NCBI GenBank assembly: GCA_029269845.2
Contig: CP149973.1
Coordinates: 240,001-272,000 of the forward strand
DNA from: Opitutia bacterium KCR 482
Lineage (GTDB): Bacteria; Verrucomicrobiota; Verrucomicrobiia; Opitutales; Intestinicryptomonadaceae
Length of the DNA stretch: 32,000 nucleotides
Reading direction: 5' to 3'
Below, piece after piece: positions 26,185 through 32,000 of this stretch. The notes under the pieces are model-generated. The model was not told where the DNA came from and made no database searches. It was given only the letters and a program-made list of their open reading frames with translations. Every line of letters starts with the position of its first letter. Position 1 is the first letter of the stretch. Made by a program: the position numbers and the translations under genes.

Positions 26185-29100
26185 ATGGACAAACTGAAAA
26201 AAATACTTGCAACCGCAATTCTGTGCGCAATGCCGGCGGCATTCGCCCAGCAAAAATACGAACTTACGCCCGCCGATTCGCCCGTAGAAAGGCTGACGTC
26301 GAAACGTTCGCAAATGGTGCTCAACGGCGTGTGGGAATGCGCCCCGATGGCGGTTCGCGGCGAGCCTATGCCGGCGGACGGCGAATGGGGCAAAATGCTC
26401 GTCCCCGGCTTCTACTTCGCGGACATCGAAAAGAAGCCCACGCTTCCGTGCATTGCCGAAAGGGGAAAAACGCAACGCTGGAAGGCGGACAACAAATACG
26501 AACGCTGCTGGATAAGGCGCGACGTGAAAATCCCCGAAAACTGGCGCGGGGAAATTGTGCTGAAAGTAGAGCACGTCATGACCGTCGCGCGGGTTTTCGT
26601 AAACGGCAAAGACGCGGGAATAGTCTCCTACATGGACGACAGCCTCGACATCTCGAAATTCGCGAAAGCGGGCGAAACGGTTTCAATCGCGCTTTTGGTA
26701 GGCGCACACAGCAAGCCCTCCGACATCTACTACAACAAGCCCGCCTCCAAAAAGGAAAAGCCCGACCCCTACGGCGGCATCAACGGCGACGTCTTCCTGA
26801 TTTCGCGCCCCGCGGGCGTGCAGATTTCCGACGCATTCGTAAAGACGAGCGTCGAGCTTAAAAAAATCGACATCGACCTTAAATTCGAAAACCTCCGCCC
26901 CGCCGACTACGAAGTGTCGGTGAAAATTTCGGACGCCGACGGCAACGTCGCAAAGACATTCTCGCGCAAGGCGAAAATCGAAAGCCCCTTCACGACGGTG
27001 TCGGACACTTGGGAAAATCCGAAACTTTGGGACGTCAAAGAGCCGAATCTGTACTGGGCGGAAATCTCCGTAAAAAAGAACGGCAAGACGCTCGATACAA
27101 TCAAACAGCGTTTCGGATTCAGGGAATTCAGGGTTGTCGGAAAATACTTTTTCCTCAACGGCAAAAAAGTGCGACTGATACCCCTGCACAATTTCTACGA
27201 AGACCAATCGGGCGGCGTAAGGGAGGCTATTTCGAACGTGCTCGACTCGATGGCGGAATGCAACTTCAACGCGCTCGAACTCTGGCCGTGGGTGCACTCG
27301 GCAAAGGCGAGGGAGTCGCGCAAGGTGTGGGCGGAAATCGCCGACGAAAAGGGCTTTCTTATTCTCTACCCCGCAAACGCGGGCAACGCAGACCTAAAAT
27401 GGGACTGGGACGACATCGACGCCCGCGACAGATGGCTCGCGCGCTTCAAGCACGACTGGAACGAAATCAAAAACAATCCGTCGGTAATCGCGCTTATGAC
27501 GATTTCGAACACCTTCAACAACCACGACAGCGCAAACCCGATGAAGCTCGGAAACTCGCTCCGCTACAAGCTTGTTGAAGACATGCTTCCGCAGTCGGCG
27601 CAGGGTAAAAGGCTTGTCGCCGCAATGAAAATGTACGACCAAACCCGCCCCGTTTCGGGACACCATTCCTGCGTTGCCGGCGACTTCGAATCCACAAACA
27701 ACTACCTCGACTACACGCCCCTGCAAGAGCGCGAGGAATGGCTCAGCGAATGGGCGAAAAACGGCAATGTGCCCTACTGCGCAATCGAGTTCGGAACGCC
27801 GTTTTTCGGCAACTTCACGCGCGACAGGCGCGGCCCGTATTCGTCGTATGTGTCCGAACCGCTGCTTACCGAATTCGTCGTGCCCTACCTCGGCACGGCG
27901 GCGTACGCGGACGAATCGGACGCCTACCGCAAAATGGTCTCGGACGACTACGTCGAAAAGAGCAAGCAGTGGAAGCCGATGAACGAAACCGACGCAATCC
28001 GCTACGCAAAAACGATGTCGGACTTTCAGGCAATGTTCAACAAGAACACTTGGCGCTCGTGGAGGGCGTGGGGAATCCCCGGCGGAATGGTTCCGTGGCG
28101 CGACGCCTACGGCTGGCCGTCGGTAAACGGCAACGTCGATTTGCCGTTCAAGCACGGCGCGCTCGGCTGGCAGCCGAAGCAGGCGACCCGCAGGGGCTTC
28201 TACGGAATGTCGAAAAACGGGGCGACCCCCAACGCGTCGGGCAAGGCTCTCATCGAAAACCAAAAGCACGGCCTTGCGTGGATAGGCGGCAAGCCATTCA
28301 CCGACAAAGCCCACCACTTCTACGGCGGCGACAAAATCGAAAAGAGCGCGGTCATAACAAACGACCTCCGCAAGGACGCCGAATACTCGCTTGAATGGAC
28401 GGCGACGTTCGGCGGCAAAAAAATAGCATCTGGCAAGCTGGAGGGCGTCGCTCCCGTCGGCGAAACGGCGTTCGCGCAGTTCGCCTTCGGCGCGCCACAA
28501 ACCGACGCAAAGGCAAAGGGCAAAATTACGCTGAACGGCAAGGTCGGCGGAATCGAAAACTCCGACGAATTAGAATTCACCGTCTACCCGCAGACAAAAT
28601 TCCCCTCGGCAACCGTCAAGGTATTCGACCCCGACGGCAAGACCGCAAAATACCTCGAAAGCCTCGGCGTAAAAACCGTTCCGTGGGACGGCTCGTCCGA
28701 CGGCGGACTCCTTGTGATAGGCGAAAACGCATTCGCCGAAAAGCCCGCGGGCAAAATACAGGCTTTCGTCAAGGACGGCGGAAGCGTGCTCGTGCTCTCG
28801 CAGCCGGAGGAAATTCTCGAAAAAAGCTGCGGACTGCGGCTCTCGCAATTCGTCTCGCGCAGAATGTTCGTAGTGCCGACGGTGAAAGACCACCCCGTTG
28901 TGGCGGGGCTCGACTCGGAGGACTTCCGCGACTGGCGCGGTGCGGGCACGTTCGCGCCCGAACGCAAAATGGTCGATACGCTCGGCGACCCAAGCCCGAA
29001 ATACGGCTGGCACTGGGGCAACCGCGGCAGCGTGGCGTCGCAGTCATTCGAAAAGCCGCACAGGTCGGGCTGGCGTCCGCTCTTGGAAGGCGAATTCGAC

Positions 29101-30339
29101 CTGTCGTTCTCGCCGCTTATGGAACGCGAAATCGGAAAGGGCGTGGCGGTCTTCTGCGGGCTCGACCTCATCGGGCGCACGCAGCGCGACCCCGTGGCGG
29201 ACATCGTGCTTTCGCGCCTGATTTCCACGCTTTCCGACCGCAAACCCGCGCAGAAAGCCGAACGACCGACATTCTACATCGGCGGCAAACGCGGCGAACA
29301 ATTCCTTTCGAGCCTCGGAATCAAATTCGAAAAGACCGACAAAATTCCGCAGTCGGGCTTGGTAATAGTCGGCGAAGACTCGAACGCCTCCGACGCCGAA
29401 ATGCTCGCGGCAATGGAAAACGGCGCAAACTTCGTGCTCATCGAACGCGCAAACGCCGCCCCGCGCTTCGGAATAGCAAAGAAAGACGGCAGGGTTTCGA
29501 AAGTGCTCGACCTCCCCGACTGGCGCGAATTCCGCGGCGTGTCGCTAAGCGACGCCCACACGCGCGCAGACATTCCCGCAAAGATTTTCGACACAAAGGA
29601 TTCGGCTTTCGGCGGAATCTGGGCGGTTTACAGGCACGGCAAGGGCGCGGCGTTCATGGCGTCGCTCCTGCCCGACGAATTCGACCTCGACAAACAGCCC
29701 TACCTCAAATACACGTCGTGGAGAATGTACCGCACGTTCTCGCAGCTGGCGGGCAACCTCGGCGCGAAGTTCGACTTCGACGGCACGCTGTTTGCCAAAA
29801 ACGCAAACACGAACGACATTCCGCTCGACGGCGAAAAGAACGCGTGGAAATGCCTCCCCGCAAAATACGTCAAGGGCGACGCGTCTAAGGCGGACTTCGA
29901 CGACTCAAAGTGGAAATCGCTCTTCCTGCCTTCAAACACCGACCAAATGGGAACGCCGCTTTACCCGCAAAAACGCCCCTACTGGGCGCGCAAGCAGGTA
30001 TTCGTTCCAAAGAGCTGGAAGAACGACAAGCTTGCAATCAAGCTCGGTAAAATCGTGGGCTGCGACGAAATCTACTTCAACGGCGTAAAGCTCGGCGAAT
30101 ATACGGGCGACCCGTGGAAGGGCTGGCTGTTTGAACGCAGCTTCGAGCTGCCGTCGGACATCGTGAAATTCGGCGACTACAACACGGTTTCGATATTCGT
30201 AAAACAGCCCGTCTCGACGGGCAGAATATCGGGCGGCCCGCTTAAAATCACGCGCGGCGCAAGCGAAAACCAGTACATGCCCAACTACTCCGACGACCAG
30301 CACTACGGCGACAGCCCGTTTAGATTCCTCGGCTGGTAA
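26185..30339 (+). CDS. Secreted large multidomain glycoside hydrolase, GH2-like
   Basis: Track ORF trimmed to the ATG at 26185 (MDKLKKILATAILCAMPAAFAQQ signal peptide), giving about 1384 aa. The N-terminus has a GH2-style sugar-binding jelly roll (NGVWECAP..., VARVFVNGKDAG, GDVFL) and an Ig-like domain (WDVKEPNLYWAEISV, FGFREFRVVGKYFFLNGKKVRL). These are followed by a barrel-like region, two alpha/beta modules, and a second galactose-binding-like domain at the C-terminus (DFDDSKWKSLFLP...CDEIYFNGVKLGEY). Confidence 0.7.
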   Translation: MDKLKKILATAILCAMPAAFAQQKYELTPADSPVERLTSKRSQMVLNGVWECAPMAVRGEPMPADGEWGKMLVPGFYFADIEKKPTLPCIAERGKTQRWKADNKYERCWIRRDVKIPENWRGEIVLKVEHVMTVARVFVNGKDAGIVSYMDDSLDISKFAKAGETVSIALLVGAHSKPSDIYYNKPASKKEKPDPYGGINGDVFLISRPAGVQISDAFVKTSVELKKIDIDLKFENLRPADYEVSVKISDADGNVAKTFSRKAKIESPFTTVSDTWENPKLWDVKEPNLYWAEISVKKNGKTLDTIKQRFGFREFRVVGKYFFLNGKKVRLIPLHNFYEDQSGGVREAISNVLDSMAECNFNALELWPWVHSAKARESRKVWAEIADEKGFLILYPANAGNADLKWDWDDIDARDRWLARFKHDWNEIKNNPSVIALMTISNTFNNHDSANPMKLGNSLRYKLVEDMLPQSAQGKRLVAAMKMYDQTRPVSGHHSCVAGDFESTNNYLDYTPLQEREEWLSEWAKNGNVPYCAIEFGTPFFGNFTRDRRGPYSSYVSEPLLTEFVVPYLGTAAYADESDAYRKMVSDDYVEKSKQWKPMNETDAIRYAKTMSDFQAMFNKNTWRSWRAWGIPGGMVPWRDAYGWPSVNGNVDLPFKHGALGWQPKQATRRGFYGMSKNGATPNASGKALIENQKHGLAWIGGKPFTDKAHHFYGGDKIEKSAVITNDLRKDAEYSLEWTATFGGKKIASGKLEGVAPVGETAFAQFAFGAPQTDAKAKGKITLNGKVGGIENSDELEFTVYPQTKFPSATVKVFDPDGKTAKYLESLGVKTVPWDGSSDGGLLVIGENAFAEKPAGKIQAFVKDGGSVLVLSQPEEILEKSCGLRLSQFVSRRMFVVPTVKDHPVVAGLDSEDFRDWRGAGTFAPERKMVDTLGDPSPKYGWHWGNRGSVASQSFEKPHRSGWRPLLEGEFDLSFSPLMEREIGKGVAVFCGLDLIGRTQRDPVADIVLSRLISTLSDRKPAQKAERPTFYIGGKRGEQFLSSLGIKFEKTDKIPQSGLVIVGEDSNASDAEMLAAMENGANFVLIERANAAPRFGIAKKDGRVSKVLDLPDWREFRGVSLSDAHTRADIPAKIFDTKDSAFGGIWAVYRHGKGAAFMASLLPDEFDLDKQPYLKYTSWRMYRTFSQLAGNLGAKFDFDGTLFAKNANTNDIPLDGEKNAWKCLPAKYVKGDASKADFDDSKWKSLFLPSNTDQMGTPLYPQKRPYWARKQVFVPKSWKNDKLAIKLGKIVGCDEIYFNGVKLGEYTGDPWKGWLFERSFELPSDIVKFGDYNTVSIFVKQPVSTGRISGGPLKITRGASENQYMPNYSDDQHYGDSPFRFLGW

Positions 30340-30360
30340 AACGCGGAAAAAACTTCCGAG

Positions 30361-30390
30361 AGGACGCCCTCAACGGGCGTCCTTTTTTTT
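30361..30390 (+). terminator. Intrinsic terminator after the GH2-like gene
   Basis: Stem AGGACGCCC (30361-30369) / GGGCGTCCT (30375-30383) with loop TCAAC, followed by a T8 tract. Confidence 0.8.
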
Positions 30391-30512
30391 GCGCAAAACC
30401 GCCAAAAACCTCGCCCGAAAACGCCAAAAAGGAGCCAGCGCGAAAAAAGTTGAAAAAAAAGCTTTTCAAAAAGAAATATATGGTATTTCTTTCATGCTTT
30501 TCTCATCAGGAA

Positions 30513-31616
30513 ATGGGCGAGTTTTTCGAATTTAAAAATATTGAAAAATACTACGGAGACACGCACGTCGTAAAAAACGTGAGCTTCGGCGTCCGTTGCG
30601 GCGAAGTGTTCTCCCTGCTTGGGCCGAGCGGCTGCGGTAAAACCACAATGCTCAGAATCGCGGGCGGCTTCGAAGACCCAGAAAGCGGCGAAGTTTATTT
30701 GGACTCCACCAATATTACAGACCTCGCGCCCAACAAGCGCAAAATCAACACGGTTTTCCAAAACTACGCCCTCTTCCCCCACATGAGCATTTGGGACAAC
30801 ATCGCGTTCGGCCCGCGCACGGCGGGGCTGCCGGAAAAGGAAGTCTCGAAAAAAGTCGAGAGAATGCTCGAAATCATCCGCCTCGAAGGGCACGGCGACC
30901 GCATGCCCAACACAATCAGCGGCGGGCAAAAACAGCGCGTGGCGATAGCGCGCGCGCTCATAAACAACCCCAAACTGCTTCTTCTCGACGAACCGCTCGC
31001 CGCGCTCGACCTCAAACTCCGCCAGTACATGCTGCTTGAGCTTGACCGTATCCACGACGAAGTGGGCACAACCTTTATATACGTCACGCACGACCAGGGC
31101 GAGGCAATGAGCCTTAGCGACAGAATCGCCGTCATGAACAACGGCGTGATAGAGCAAATTGGCACTCCCGCCGAAATCTACGAAAACCCGCGCACAAAGT
31201 TCGTGGCGTCGTTCATCGGCGACACAAACTTCTTCGACGGGAAAATCGTCGGGCAAATCGACGGCGAAAACTGCAAAATCGCGATGGAAGGCTTGGGCGA
31301 ATTTCCGTCGTTCAACGAGCACAGGCTCCTCAACGGCGCGAACGTCACGGTCAGCATACGCCCCGAAAAATTCAGGATTTTCGGAAGCCGCGCCGAAGCC
31401 GAAAACCTCAACGCGGTAGAGGCGGAAGTAATCGACATCGTCTATCAGGGCGCGCAAACGCGCTACTGGGTTCGCGTGAACGACCACCGCATCAACGTGC
31501 TTTCGCAGCACAACCGCTGCTATCTCGACTACAAACAACCCACTTGGGGCGACAAAGTTTGGCTCGCGTGGCACCGCGACGACGTAACAACCATCCCCGC
31601 GGAAAATCCCCATTAG
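30513..31616 (+). CDS. potA: ABC transporter ATP-binding protein, spermidine/putrescine PotA type
   Basis: The track ORF starts at TTG 30450. The ATG at 30513 gives MGEFFEFKNIEKYYGDTHVVKNVSF. Walker A LLGPSGCGKTT, signature ISGGQKQRVAIARAL, Walker B LLLLDEPLAALD, and a C-terminal TOBE-like regulatory domain. Confidence 0.8.
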   Translation: MGEFFEFKNIEKYYGDTHVVKNVSFGVRCGEVFSLLGPSGCGKTTMLRIAGGFEDPESGEVYLDSTNITDLAPNKRKINTVFQNYALFPHMSIWDNIAFGPRTAGLPEKEVSKKVERMLEIIRLEGHGDRMPNTISGGQKQRVAIARALINNPKLLLLDEPLAALDLKLRQYMLLELDRIHDEVGTTFIYVTHDQGEAMSLSDRIAVMNNGVIEQIGTPAEIYENPRTKFVASFIGDTNFFDGKIVGQIDGENCKIAMEGLGEFPSFNEHRLLNGANVTVSIRPEKFRIFGSRAEAENLNAVEAEVIDIVYQGAQTRYWVRVNDHRINVLSQHNRCYLDYKQPTWGDKVWLAWHRDDVTTIPAENPH

Positions 31617-31626
31617 GTTATAGGAA

Positions 31627-32000
31627 ATGAGCCACGGAATTTCGCATACGGGCGCGAGAAACGCCAACTCCAAACTATCGGAATACTTTCTGACCGCGCC
31701 GTCCCTCCTTTGGTTGTGCCTGTTTTTCGTAATTCCGTCGATTCTGGTGTTCGCGATTGCGTTCCGCACGGCGGACCCGTCGGGCGGCATAGATTCGGGC
31801 TGGACGCTTTCGACAATAGAAAACGTGCTCAAAAACACGTATCTGGGCGTGCTGTGGCGGACGGTCTGGGTAAGCTGCGCGGTGACGGCAATCTGCCTGT
31901 TTTTGGGCATTCCCGTCGGCTACTGGATTGCCCAGCAAAACCCGAAATACCGCTACTGGTTTTTGCTGGTGATAATTATCCCGCTGTGGACGAACTTCCT
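31627..32000 (+). CDS. potB: ABC transporter permease, PotB-like (5' partial, runs off the window)
   Basis: Not in the ORF track because no stop falls within the window. The ATG at 31627 gives MSHGISHTGARNANSKLSEYFLTAPSLLWLCLFFVIPSILVFAIAFRTADPSGG...VLWRTVWVSCAVTAICLFLGIPVGYWIAQ, a typical PotB N-terminus. It starts 10 nt after the potA stop. Confidence 0.75.
   Translation, partial: MSHGISHTGARNANSKLSEYFLTAPSLLWLCLFFVIPSILVFAIAFRTADPSGGIDSGWTLSTIENVLKNTYLGVLWRTVWVSCAVTAICLFLGIPVGYWIAQQNPKYRYWFLLVIIIPLWTNF

Noticed and set aside
28395-29888. 497-aa same-strand alternative-frame ORF inside the GH2-like gene
   Set aside because: The composition is extremely Arg/Gly/Pro-rich (RRRNGVRAVRLRRATNRRKGKG...), which is implausible as a protein. 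The annotated frame has domain-like sequence throughout.

Overview
This is a GC-rich bacterial chromosomal segment, densely coding, with about 23 supportable protein genes. I recognised no rRNA or tRNA genes, CRISPR arrays, transposases, integrases or phage genes.

Gene order:
- 1-9950 (+): a tightly packed, partly overlapping run. It holds the tail of an unknown CDS, a family-5 peptide/nickel ABC substrate-binding lipoprotein, a fused OppB/OppC-type permease, an exported unknown protein, priA, a small membrane-anchored unknown protein, purN and a divergent murB-like gene.
- 10045-15440 (-): a LacI-family regulator followed by an MFS transporter, an SDR oxidoreductase, an RraA-like aldolase and an enolase-superfamily dehydratase. 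This looks like an acid-sugar catabolic operon.
- 15735-17270 (-): a DMT/EamA transporter and a low-molecular-weight protein tyrosine phosphatase (LMW-PTP).
- 17442-21353 (+): two secreted glycoside hydrolases, one GH30-like and one with a CBM-like domain plus a clan GH-A barrel.
- 21489-21944 (+): a GNAT acetyltransferase gene broken by an in-frame TAA.
- 22196 onward (+): sucC, sucD, an MscS-family channel, a 1384-aa GH2-like multidomain protein, potA and the start of potB.

Many long ORFs in the track are antisense or alternative-frame shadow ORFs, as expected in GC-rich DNA, and I rejected them.

I do not see a clear novel system of the defence or mobile type. The most interesting signal is a recurring 17-bp palindrome, core GTAAAC-N-GTTTAC. 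It sits upstream of the LacI gene, of the acid-sugar operon and of the distant GH2-like gene. The last two copies lie 88 and 89 bp from their start codons. This suggests a small uncharacterised glycan-to-pyruvate regulon whose aldolase step is carried out by an RraA-like protein. The gene content (glycoside hydrolases, divergent murB) is compatible with a PVC-type polysaccharide degrader, but that taxonomic guess is speculation.
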